A stretch of DNA of 11,554 nt from Fidelibacterota bacterium (GCA_046861645.1 JBHHUM010000068.1:1-11554), one strand, 5' to 3'; positions 1-8,044 are shown, numbered from the stretch's first letter. Numbers and translations are program-made. Notes: generated by a model not told the origin, from the letters alone.

Positions 1-58
1 GTTCAGACGTCTTTTAATCATGCCCATCCTATTAATCTTAAGAATCAAGGTTCAGACA
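1..58. repeat. Periodic AATC repeat unit ending in AATCAAGGTTCAGACA, plus the tail of a preceding copy cut by the window edge
   Basis: (A/C)ATC occurs at 16, 25, 34 and 43 (9-nt period). AATCAAGGTTCAGACA at 43-58 is identical to 1962-1977. GTTCAGAC at 1-8 is the end of another copy. Confidence 0.75.
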
Positions 59-152
59 GTTTTCGATCATTATCCTCATAACTTAATCCTAAAGGAGTAA
101 GCTACTACAAATTCACTATGAATCTTGGCAAAAACTGCGTCAACCGCAATAT

Positions 153-180
153 AAAAAACCCCAGCGAACCGGGGTTTTTT
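153..180 (-). terminator. Rho-independent terminator of asnA (possibly bidirectional)
   Basis: The minus strand reads CCCCGG-UUCG-CUGGGG-UUUUUU, 22 nt after the asnA stop. The G-U wobble and UUCG loop favour the minus strand, and A6/T6 flanks occur on both sides. Confidence 0.9.
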
Positions 181-202
181 CTCTGATATTTAACCATATG
201 TT

Positions 203-1336
203 TTACTCAAGAACGTTTATATTCTTCTCTGCACACATCTCCTTCAACTGCTCAGGCCAAACGGTGACGCTCACTTCACCCAGGTGAGCCTTTTTCAGGA
301 GGAGCATGTAGGTCCGAGACTGACCTATACCCCCTCCGATACTCAGTGGAATCTCGTCGTTCAGGATCGCCTGATGGTACGGCAGTTCCAGGAAGTCCAG
401 CTGACCTGACATCTCAAGTTGAGTCCGAAGAGTATCCTTATTTACGCGGATGCCCATGGAAGTGAGTTCGTGACGGCGTTTCGTCACGTGGTTCCACACC
501 AGAATATCTCCGTTCAGACCGTGATACGTCTTGCCGTCCGCTGATGTAGTTTCCGTCACCCAATCGTCGTAGTCTGCTGCCCGCATCTCGTGAGGATAAC
601 CATCAGCCAGTGGATAGCCTATACCGTAAATGAAGATTGCGGGATAATCCTGGATGATTTTAGTCTCTCTTGCCTTCCGGGGTAGATCGGGATAGCGCTC
701 CAGAATTTCCTCTGCATGGAGGAAAACGAGCTCATCAGGCAGACTCGGGTATTGGGGATCCTTGAGTTGCGGGAACAGCTCCTGCGCATGCAGTTCAGCG
801 CCCTTCAGCACTTTCCAGATCTTTTTGACAATATCGGTTAGAAAATCAAGATTTCGATCTTCAGCCTTAATGACTCTCTCCCAGTCCCACTGGTCCACAT
901 AGGAGCTGTGATCGTGATCGAGAAAGTAATCCTTGCGAACTGCCCGCATGTCTGTGTTAATCCCTTCTCCCGGTTGGCAGTCAAACTGCTTTAGCGCCCA
1001 CCGCTTCCACTTGGTAGCCGCCTGAACTACCTGAGCGTTGATAGGCTTTTCCAATCCCAAACCGCAAGGAAATTCTACCGGCGTACGTGAACCATCCCGG
1101 TCAAGATAGTCATTCATACCACTTTCCTTATCGACAATTAGCGGTACTGTTACCATCATAAGATTCAGTTCCTTACAAAGATTTTCTTCGATGTAGCTTT
1201 TGACAGTAAATAAAGCCTCCTGTGTTTCCCGAGGACTGAGTAAAGAGGTATAGTTATCTGGAAGTATTTTTTCGAGGTCATCATAGTTTCCAATACCCGG
1301 ACCGGCCAGATCGGCTTGCTTATCCGTATTGGTCAT
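203..1336 (-). CDS. asnA: Aspartate--ammonia ligase (asparagine synthetase A)
   Basis: 377 aa with AsnA-type motifs KWKR, HSSYVDQWDWE, RAADYDDW, GLNGDILVWN, ELTSMGIRV, SIGGGIGQSR and HLGEV. AAGGAG RBS at 1344-1349. Confidence 0.95.
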   Translation of the reverse strand: MTNTDKQADLAGPGIGNYDDLEKILPDNYTSLLSPRETQEALFTVKSYIEENLCKELNLMMVTVPLIVDKESGMNDYLDRDGSRTPVEFPCGLGLEKPINAQVVQAATKWKRWALKQFDCQPGEGINTDMRAVRKDYFLDHDHSSYVDQWDWERVIKAEDRNLDFLTDIVKKIWKVLKGAELHAQELFPQLKDPQYPSLPDELVFLHAEEILERYPDLPRKARETKIIQDYPAIFIYGIGYPLADGYPHEMRAADYDDWVTETTSADGKTYHGLNGDILVWNHVTKRRHELTSMGIRVNKDTLRTQLEMSGQLDFLELPYHQAILNDEIPLSIGGGIGQSRTYMLLLKKAHLGEVSVTVWPEQLKEMCAEKNINVLE

Positions 1337-1518
1337 TTGATATCTCCTTAAAATGTGTAGTTTCGATATCCTGTAAACAGGAGTTATGAAGATTATTTTG
1401 TTCGAAATAAATGAACTAAAGAACGCAGGTTAAATTATCGCTGTTGTCTGAAATGGACAATCTCAAAAAAATCAGACAAGAGATACACATCTGTCCTAAA
1501 CGTTTGATAGAAATGTTT

Positions 1519-1551
1519 AAAAAGCCCTGCCATTAATACAACGGTAGAGCT
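1519..1551 (-). terminator. Putative intrinsic terminator upstream of asnA
   Basis: The minus strand reads AGCUCUACCGUU-GUAUU-AAUGGCAGGGCU-UUUU: a 12-bp stem with one mismatch and two G-U pairs, followed by a U run. Confidence 0.55.
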
Positions 1552-1566
1552 AATCTTTCTTGATTA

Positions 1567-1746
1567 AACTCCTGACGGAGTTATGCGGGGGAGGTGTAAC
1601 CTTTTTCTATAGACATCTGACTCCTATGGAGTCTCAAAAAACAATGTTTAGTACTATGGAGGCAGAAAATACAAATGTTCATAACTCCGAAGGAGTTATA
1701 TGTCTATAATACACGAAATGCAAAAAACCCAACTCCGCTGGGAGTT
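1567..1746. repeat. REP/REPIN-like cluster of four ACTCC-N3/4-GGAGT palindromes in nested inverted arrangement
   Basis: AACTCCtgacGGAGTT at 1567-1582; CTATAGACATctGACTCCtatGGAGTC at 1607-1633; AACTCCgaaGGAGTTatATGTCTATA at 1683-1708 (inverted copy of the previous unit); AACTCCgctgGGAGTT at 1731-1746. Confidence 0.8.
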
Positions 1747-1891
1747 CAACATTTCGGTGGGAAAAACCATATTCAACACCAACGAAATCAACTAAACTAA
1801 CAGGAAGATTAGAACCAAATCTGTCAGGTAACCTTTCACGCTTGCGGGAGCCTTGTTCCAGACAGATTGCCGGTTCTATAGTTGCGTTCAT

Positions 1892-1977
1892 TGTCTGAAC
1901 CATGATTCATGGGATTAACGAGATGACCTTGATTTAATCAAGTAATCATGCAAATCAGGCAAATCAAGGTTCAGACA
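1892..1977. repeat. 86-bp imperfect palindromic element with 16-bp terminal inverted repeats and 9-nt internal periodicity
   Basis: TGTCTGAACCATGATT (1892-1907) matches the reverse complement of AATCAAGGTTCAGACA (1962-1977) at 15/16. GAT(T) at 1904/1913/1922/1931 is mirrored by AATC at 1936/1944/1953/1962. The centre is CTTGATT-t-AATCAAG. Confidence 0.85.
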
Positions 1978-2000
1978 TTTTTTCATTCAACCTCCACTGA

Positions 2001-2026
2001 TCAGTGACCCTTTCAGGATTCACTGA
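2001..2026 (-). repeat. Hairpin downstream of the M48 protease gene
   Basis: TCAGTGA...TCACTGA arms. The minus strand has CCU-GAAA-GGG closing a GNRA loop. There is no adjacent U tract, so it is not a canonical terminator. Confidence 0.5.
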
Positions 2027-2061
2027 CGGTTATTACGGTTATCTCAACATGATGTGTGTTT

Positions 2062-3291
2062 TTACTCACTGATCGCAGCTATCCTCTCGAGCACAGGCGG
2101 ATGACTGTAGTTGATAAAAACGTTCAATGGATGAGGTGTAAGATTCCCGAGATTGGCTACAGACAGTTTTTTCAAGCCAGTAATCATCGGTTCTGTTGAA
2201 CCTGTTGTTTCAACGGCAAAAGCATCTGCTGCATATTCATTTTTGCGAGAAATAATGTTTATTAAAATTGATATGACCAAACTGATTGGTGAATAGAGAA
2301 TCCCAAAAAATATCAAACTGCCGTAAACTGATACATTTTCCATTTTAAAAGCGTCAAAAAGACTTTGATTGTTTATAAAAAAAGAGAGCAGGAAAAACAA
2401 AATACCCATCTGAATAATAGACATTATTGTCCCCATCAAAACATGTTTTTTCTTGAAATGACCGACTTCGTGTGCAAGTACTGCAACAAGTTCTTCGATG
2501 GAATGTTTTTCAATAAGAGTGTCATAAAGAGCTATTCTTTTTGCTTTTCCAAATCCGCTGAAATATGCATTTGATTTTGTAGAACGCTTTGATCCATCCA
2601 TCACATAAAGACCCGTGAGAGGGAATTTGACCTTCTTTGTATATTTCTCAATTGCAGTCTTTAGTTCACCTTCGTCAAGCGGTGTAAATTTGTTAAACAT
2701 GGGTGCAATTAGAGTTGTGTAAATCGGCGGCATGACAAAAATGAAAAGAGAAACAGTTCCCCAGGCATAAAGCCAACCGAGAGCGCCGGTCTTCTCGAAA
2801 AAGTAGAGAATTCCACCGAGTAAAATACCACCGATGATAATTGTCAGAAAATAACTTTTGATTTTATCCATTACAAAAGTCATCGGTTTCATTTTGTTGA
2901 AACCAAATCTTTCTTCAATCACGAAAGTCGAGTAAAGAGTGAATGGAATAGAAATGATGTCGTAAGCAAAATAGACTATTCCGAAGAATGCAAGTCCTGA
3001 ATAAATAGATTGAAGCTCAAATCCTTGCACAACCTCATCCACAAAGTTGAACCCGCCCAAGAGGATAAAAGCCAAGATGAGCAAAAGATCAAAACTACTC
3101 GAAAAAAAAGTGAATTTAGTATTGGTCTTCGTGTACTCTTGGGATTTTCTGTACTTATCCTCGTCGTAAAACCCTTTGAATTCAACCGGCAAATTCGTAT
3201 CAAGAGCCTTCAAATTGAGATATCGAGCTAAATTGTTCAGAATGAAAACCCCTATTAAAGAAAATAGTATAATTACAAGGTAGATATTCAA
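2062..3291 (-). CDS. M48 family zinc metallopeptidase (Ste24/CAAX prenyl protease-like), membrane-bound
   Basis: 409 aa with multiple hydrophobic helices and the motifs FVIEERFGFN, DGSKRSTKSNAYFSGFG, HEVGH (HExxH), EYAADAFA and SHPP. TTG start with GGAG RBS at 3297-3300. Confidence 0.93.
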   Translation of the reverse strand: MNIYLVIILFSLIGVFILNNLARYLNLKALDTNLPVEFKGFYDEDKYRKSQEYTKTNTKFTFFSSSFDLLLILAFILLGGFNFVDEVVQGFELQSIYSGLAFFGIVYFAYDIISIPFTLYSTFVIEERFGFNKMKPMTFVMDKIKSYFLTIIIGGILLGGILYFFEKTGALGWLYAWGTVSLFIFVMPPIYTTLIAPMFNKFTPLDEGELKTAIEKYTKKVKFPLTGLYVMDGSKRSTKSNAYFSGFGKAKRIALYDTLIEKHSIEELVAVLAHEVGHFKKKHVLMGTIMSIIQMGILFFLLSFFINNQSLFDAFKMENVSVYGSLIFFGILYSPISLVISILINIISRKNEYAADAFAVETTGSTEPMITGLKKLSVANLGNLTPHPLNVFINYSHPPVLERIAAISE

Positions 3292-3520
3292 GTTATCTCC
3301 ACGAAATTAAGTCAATTCAGCTTCTTATTAGAGAGTAAACCGACATATATACCCAACATGCCCGCAAGGAACAAGAAACTCATCTTTTACATTACCTAAG
3401 CTATCATGCAAAACTTTTGCCATACCTGTTCTACAAAAAGTCCTCGAACTCCAAATATAGATTTCCAGCTATATGTAGCTCCGAGAGAAATATAATCATA
3501 ATCAGTACCGGGATAAGCTC

Positions 3521-4945
3521 CTACCCGAAATTAATTACCATCAGCTTCTCTTCCGTCATACTCTCCATAGCGTAGCGGATGCCTTCCCGGGTGTTGCCGG
3601 ACTCCTTCACACCTCCATAGGGCATGTGATCTATCCGCCATGTGGGAACCTCATTGACCATCAGCCCGCCAACACGGATGTTCTTATAGGCGTGCCGGAT
3701 TCGGTTGACATCCTGAGTGAAGACACCTGCCTGCAGGCCGTAATCCGAATTGTCTACCTGACGTACAGCGTCTTCAAAATCACTATACCGAACGATGGTG
3801 ACTACCGGCGCGAAAATCTCCTGGCAGTTGACCTTCATTTCAGGAGCTGTATTAGTGAGGATTGTTGGCTGAAGCATAGTACCATCACGTTCACCGCCCG
3901 TCAGAATTTTAGCTCCCGCAGCCACTGCTTCGTCAATCCACTCCTTGGCGCGAATGGCTTCGCTTTCGGCAATCATTGGACCGATGTCGGTCTCCTCGCT
4001 CAGTGGATCACCCACCACAAACGCCTCCACCTTTTCCACAAACTGCTGAGTGAAATCATCCGCAACATCGTCGTGAACAAATATCCTCTGGACCGAGATA
4101 CAGCTCTGTCCAGCATAGAGGAATCCGGCGTTAGCGCAGGCAGCTATGGCGTAATCGAGATTGGCATCCGAGTGGATGATGACACCGGCATTACCGCCTA
4201 ATTCGAGACAGACCGGGATCTTGAATGCTCGTTTCTTGAGGTCCCAGCCTACTGCTCCAGAACCGGTAAATGATAATAGCTTTACCCTTGGGTCCTCCAC
4301 CATGGGCGACGCCACATCTGTGGAGCATGGCAGTACATTCACGGTACCCGCAGGGAGATCAGAACTCATTACCGCTTTGCCCAGGAGCAGCGAAGAAAGA
4401 GGTGTCTGCGTAGCGGGTCGCTGGACACAAGTATTCTTCGAGGCGATGGCTGGAGCGATCTTATGAGCAACGAGGTTCAGGGGAAAGTTGAACGGTGTAA
4501 TAGCTGAGATAACACCCAAAGGAAAACGTTCCACCAATGCAAAGCGGTTCTCACCCCACGGCTTCTGATCAACCGGGAAAGTCTCGCCATAGAGTCTCAT
4601 CGATTCACCCGCAGCCGTCTCGAAGGTGTGTACAGCTCGATCAACTTCAACCCGTGCAGTCCGGATGGGCTTCCCCGCTTCCTTCGCCAGCGCCTGAGCG
4701 AATGTCTCGGCGTTTTCCTGAATGAAATCACGTATCTTCAATAAGGCATCAGAAACTGCGTGAGAGGGCATGTCTTTGGTCGTTTCAAATGCTTTCGATG
4801 AAGCCGCTAGCGCTGCTTCCATCTGTGCTCCCGAGGCATGGGACACCTCTGCTACCAGTTCACTATCGAAGGGAGAGCGGACTTCTACTACACGGTCTTC
4901 GCCCTCAACCCACTGACCGTTGATTAGAATCTTATTAACTGACAT
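3521..4945 (-). CDS. NAD(P)-dependent aldehyde dehydrogenase family protein
   Basis: 474 aa with ITPFNFP, FTGS, LELGGN (catalytic Glu), GQSCIS (catalytic Cys), EIFAP, YGLQAGVFT and PYGGVKESG. GAGGG RBS upstream. The substrate cannot be determined from sequence. Confidence 0.95.
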   Translation of the reverse strand: MSVNKILINGQWVEGEDRVVEVRSPFDSELVAEVSHASGAQMEAALAASSKAFETTKDMPSHAVSDALLKIRDFIQENAETFAQALAKEAGKPIRTARVEVDRAVHTFETAAGESMRLYGETFPVDQKPWGENRFALVERFPLGVISAITPFNFPLNLVAHKIAPAIASKNTCVQRPATQTPLSSLLLGKAVMSSDLPAGTVNVLPCSTDVASPMVEDPRVKLLSFTGSGAVGWDLKKRAFKIPVCLELGGNAGVIIHSDANLDYAIAACANAGFLYAGQSCISVQRIFVHDDVADDFTQQFVEKVEAFVVGDPLSEETDIGPMIAESEAIRAKEWIDEAVAAGAKILTGGERDGTMLQPTILTNTAPEMKVNCQEIFAPVVTIVRYSDFEDAVRQVDNSDYGLQAGVFTQDVNRIRHAYKNIRVGGLMVNEVPTWRIDHMPYGGVKESGNTREGIRYAMESMTEEKLMVINFG

Positions 4946-4960
4946 GGTTCAATTCCCTCG

Positions 4961-7597
4961 TCATTTCAACACCACCATCTTCCTCGTAATTACTAAGTTG
5001 TTGGTAGAAAGTTGACACAGATAGACTCCACTGCTCACTTCACTTGCATCCCATACCACCTCATGTTTACCACTAACCAGTTGACCACTCACCATTTCCT
5101 CAACTACCCTTCCGAGAACATCGTACACCGCAAGTTGCACATCTGCATCTTCTGGCAGGTCAAACCGAATGGTGGTGACGGGGTTGAACGGATTCGGATA
5201 ATTCTGGTAGAGCTGGAAATCGTCTGCAATTGCCACTGGCTTTTCCACTGTTACACTATCAGAACTCATATCAAAATCCCAGATGCCCCGGCCGTAAGTG
5301 CCGAACCGGGCAGTATTGATTTCTTGAATGTAATCCACCGTCCAGTAAACCTGGTCGGGTGTGTTGATTCCAGACAGATCCTCCCACGACTGCTGTTGCT
5401 TTACAAACACGTACGGTCCGACCTCAGTAGCGGCAAACAACTGACTCTCGTCCTCGTTGCCAGTGATCTCAAAGACCAGCGTATTGGGCAGACCGTTATC
5501 GAATTCTGTAAATGTGGCGCCGTGGTTCGTGCTTTTGTATACGGGAGGATTGGAATAGCCGCTTCCGCCGATGATCACATGACCCAATTGAGTCTTGGAA
5601 GGATATATGGTCGAACCATAGAAGTAATGTGACTCCGGACCTGTAAATCCTTCCGAAAGTTGCCAACTACTTCCATCATCTGAACTGTTGAAAAAGTGTC
5701 CTCCGGTAGTGAGCACATACCGGTATGAAGGATCGATAGGTGAAAACGCCATGGCTGAGATACGCTCACCTTCCTCCTGTGTAAAATCGTATGGTAATTC
5801 CGAATAGGTTATAACTCCCGGAGTCGCTGTAAGCTCTATCATATGTGCTCCGCCATCCTCACCCCCGCCACCGAGGTATGCCCTGGCTGCATTGTATGGG
5901 TCTGCCATCAAGGGTGGAAGCCAAAGATAGTTTGAACCAGGAAAATCGAGCATCTGACCCCAATCGTCAGTTTCAGGATGAGCATAGTACATCGTAAAAC
6001 CAGGATAGTTGGTCCAGAGGGTTTGCCCGTAATCTCCAGATACAATGTGCCCATAATCACCGCTGATGGTTTGCTCAAACTCCAAAATTCCATCTGCAGG
6101 ATTTAAACTCCTCTGAAATCCCTGATCTTGGCTACCGGCATAAAGGTGGTATGGTACGTCTCGGCGGGTGTAAGTGGAATAATACTGACTGACCCCTAAG
6201 CCATAGAGAGAAAGATTTTCAACACTTCCAACTGTATCATAGGATACATATAGACCCCCATCCGTAGCAATAAAAGCAACCTCATCCGTTGGACCGGTCA
6301 GGAAAAAACGTACTTCAGGTATATCAGCATGGAGCATGTACTCCGGGTTATCGTAGTATTCCCACCAGTAATTCACTCTCTGCCATGTATCAGCATTATC
6401 GACGCTCCGGAACAGATCCACGCCACCTATGAAGACGATATCCGAATTGGTATTGGAGCAGTTGAAGCTGGTCCTGAAAAATGCAAACTCCGGCTGTAGT
6501 CCCTTGTCCACCCAGGTACGACCGCCATCCGAGGAGAAGTAGATATTCTCATCAATCCGGGAGAAGAGGAAAATGGAGCGGTGCTGCACCCCGCCGATTA
6601 GCAGATTATCGCCTGCGCCTGCAGGTGTGAAGCTGGAGTACAGGCTGAGATTGTCATTTTCGTCAATGATGTATAGATCACCATCGTTCATCAAGTAAAG
6701 GTCGCCTGATCCGTACCGAGGTGTCCAAATATCGAACTCGTCATAATCCTGCATCACATCAAACCCGATGTCAGCGTTGAACTCCATGATCTTGGCAAAG
6801 GTCTCTCCCCTGTCAACTGACTTGTAAAGTACACCAACCGGATTCCAATTCACATAATCCCACTCCGTTGCCAGAACATAAATTGTTTGCTGCTCATCAT
6901 TCTTGACTACAGTTCGTACCGCCCAGCCCCAATCGTGAACATAATCAAGTCCAACGGCTTCATTCAGGGTCAATCCATCATTGTCTGTATAATGAAATGA
7001 TCCCTTGGCGCTAATCAGCAGCCGACGAGTATCATCGAAATCTATCAGCCGCAGCATGTGAATACCTGGAATGCGAAGATAATCGGTCAGGGATGTCCAT
7101 TCGTTCCCGGAAAGTGCTCCCTTCCAGATGTTCCCGCCAGAGGATGCACAGTAGATGAGTTCATTCTCAAAGTCAATCTCTGCTGTATGGATTCGCCCGG
7201 AGAGATTATTGCTTCCGCGTTCCCGCCAGACACCTTCTACCGAACCGCCAGCTGTTTTCCGGCTCGAATAATACGGAACCAGCAAACCGGCATCCAACAG
7301 CTCCTTACGCCAGCGGATGACATCATCAGCTTTCTCCCTCCGGGTCTGACGATCCATCTCTTCCCAGTCGTCATCCGGATGAGATTTGTGCATCTCTTCG
7401 ATCCACTCTTCCCGCCTTTTTTTAAACTCCTGGCGGTTTTCTCTTCTCTTGATATACTCTGTTGGTTGTGGGAATTGAGTGAGTACTGTTTCGGAAGTAG
7501 GGAATTCCAATCGGACACTTTGATCGGGCTGGAAAATGAATACTATAAACAATACACAAAGTACCGTAAAAATCAGCCCGAGAAACCTGTTTCTCAT
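4961..7597 (-). CDS. Secreted BNR/Asp-box beta-propeller protein with C-terminal T9SS type A sorting domain
   Basis: N-terminal basic plus hydrophobic segment (MRNRFLGLIFTVLCVLFIVFIF). Asp-boxes KSVDRGETF, SSDGGRTW, RSVDNADTW, SSDDGSSW and KSTNHGATF, plus GTYGRGIW. C-terminal NYPNPFNP...YDVLGR...SGVY...KMVVLK. I prefer the ATG at 7597 (purine-rich GGAGAGAAAGG upstream) over the GTG at 7630. Confidence 0.88.
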   Translation of the reverse strand: MRNRFLGLIFTVLCVLFIVFIFQPDQSVRLEFPTSETVLTQFPQPTEYIKRRENRQEFKKRREEWIEEMHKSHPDDDWEEMDRQTRREKADDVIRWRKELLDAGLLVPYYSSRKTAGGSVEGVWRERGSNNLSGRIHTAEIDFENELIYCASSGGNIWKGALSGNEWTSLTDYLRIPGIHMLRLIDFDDTRRLLISAKGSFHYTDNDGLTLNEAVGLDYVHDWGWAVRTVVKNDEQQTIYVLATEWDYVNWNPVGVLYKSVDRGETFAKIMEFNADIGFDVMQDYDEFDIWTPRYGSGDLYLMNDGDLYIIDENDNLSLYSSFTPAGAGDNLLIGGVQHRSIFLFSRIDENIYFSSDGGRTWVDKGLQPEFAFFRTSFNCSNTNSDIVFIGGVDLFRSVDNADTWQRVNYWWEYYDNPEYMLHADIPEVRFFLTGPTDEVAFIATDGGLYVSYDTVGSVENLSLYGLGVSQYYSTYTRRDVPYHLYAGSQDQGFQRSLNPADGILEFEQTISGDYGHIVSGDYGQTLWTNYPGFTMYYAHPETDDWGQMLDFPGSNYLWLPPLMADPYNAARAYLGGGGEDGGAHMIELTATPGVITYSELPYDFTQEEGERISAMAFSPIDPSYRYVLTTGGHFFNSSDDGSSWQLSEGFTGPESHYFYGSTIYPSKTQLGHVIIGGSGYSNPPVYKSTNHGATFTEFDNGLPNTLVFEITGNEDESQLFAATEVGPYVFVKQQQSWEDLSGINTPDQVYWTVDYIQEINTARFGTYGRGIWDFDMSSDSVTVEKPVAIADDFQLYQNYPNPFNPVTTIRFDLPEDADVQLAVYDVLGRVVEEMVSGQLVSGKHEVVWDASEVSSGVYLCQLSTNNLVITRKMVVLK

Positions 7598-7761
7598 CCT
7601 TTCTCTCCAGTGATGGGCATCTTTAGACACTGGAATGTAGGACTTGGAACTAAAGAAATCAACGAACCAATCTTATACCAAATTCTGATATCGATCTATT
7701 CATCTTCCTCCGTTCACCCTGCCCGCTCCAGATGAATGAGGGCCATGCCTATATTGCATTA

Positions 7762-8044
7762 CCTGTCTGCATCCCGACGGATCGGGATTACGACAGACCC
7801 TCCTTCATTGCATTACGGTGGGCAGGCACGGGCAAGACCACCTGACAGGTGTTGGTTCTGCCGCCTTAGGAAAAGTGAGGACAAACGTCACAGCGGAGCA
7901 AAGGAAAAGGATTATTCACTGTTTGAGTCCCGACACTTGTGTCGGGTGAGTTTGAATAATCCCCTGAGCAGAGCTGGGACGCCTCACTTTTTCTACAGCC
8001 TGCCCGCCATTATTTTGGAGGGTCTTTGCGCCAAAGAAAATGGT
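7762..8044. repeat. Composite nested palindromic intergenic element (long hairpin carrying small inserted palindromes)
   Basis: Paired arms 7871-7880/7982-7991, 7887-7894/7973-7980, 7909-7918/7953-7962 and 7929-7936/7939-7946. Outer inverted pair 7795-7826/7999-8025. Separate hairpins at 7771-7788, 7839-7851 and 8023-8037. Confidence 0.8.

Noticed and set aside
1567..1746. Possible CRISPR array
   Set aside because: The units are short, alternate in orientation and are irregularly spaced, and there are no cas genes.
1337..1760. T-box riboswitch or Asn-rich leader peptide upstream of asnA
   Set aside because: I found no T-box GGUGGnACCGCG motif and no Asn-codon-rich leader ORF; the structure is explained by repeats and a terminator.
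1679..1903. 74-aa minus-strand ORF
   Set aside because: It starts inside one repeat element and ends in another, with no recognisable motif or RBS.
2365..3231. Short ORFs overlapping the M48 gene
   Set aside because: They are fully nested in a confident CDS and lack independent support.
3626..7735. Antisense and alternative-frame ORFs (3626-4201, 4161-4466, 4537-4725, 5012-5632, 5575-5769, 5908-6093, 7058-7735, 7237-7518)
   Set aside because: They are shadows of the well-supported ALDH and T9SS genes and carry no motifs.
7909..7962. Hammerhead ribozyme (CTGTTTGAG resembles CUGAnGA)
   Set aside because: The core does not match CUGANGA, and there is no GAAA after the stem.
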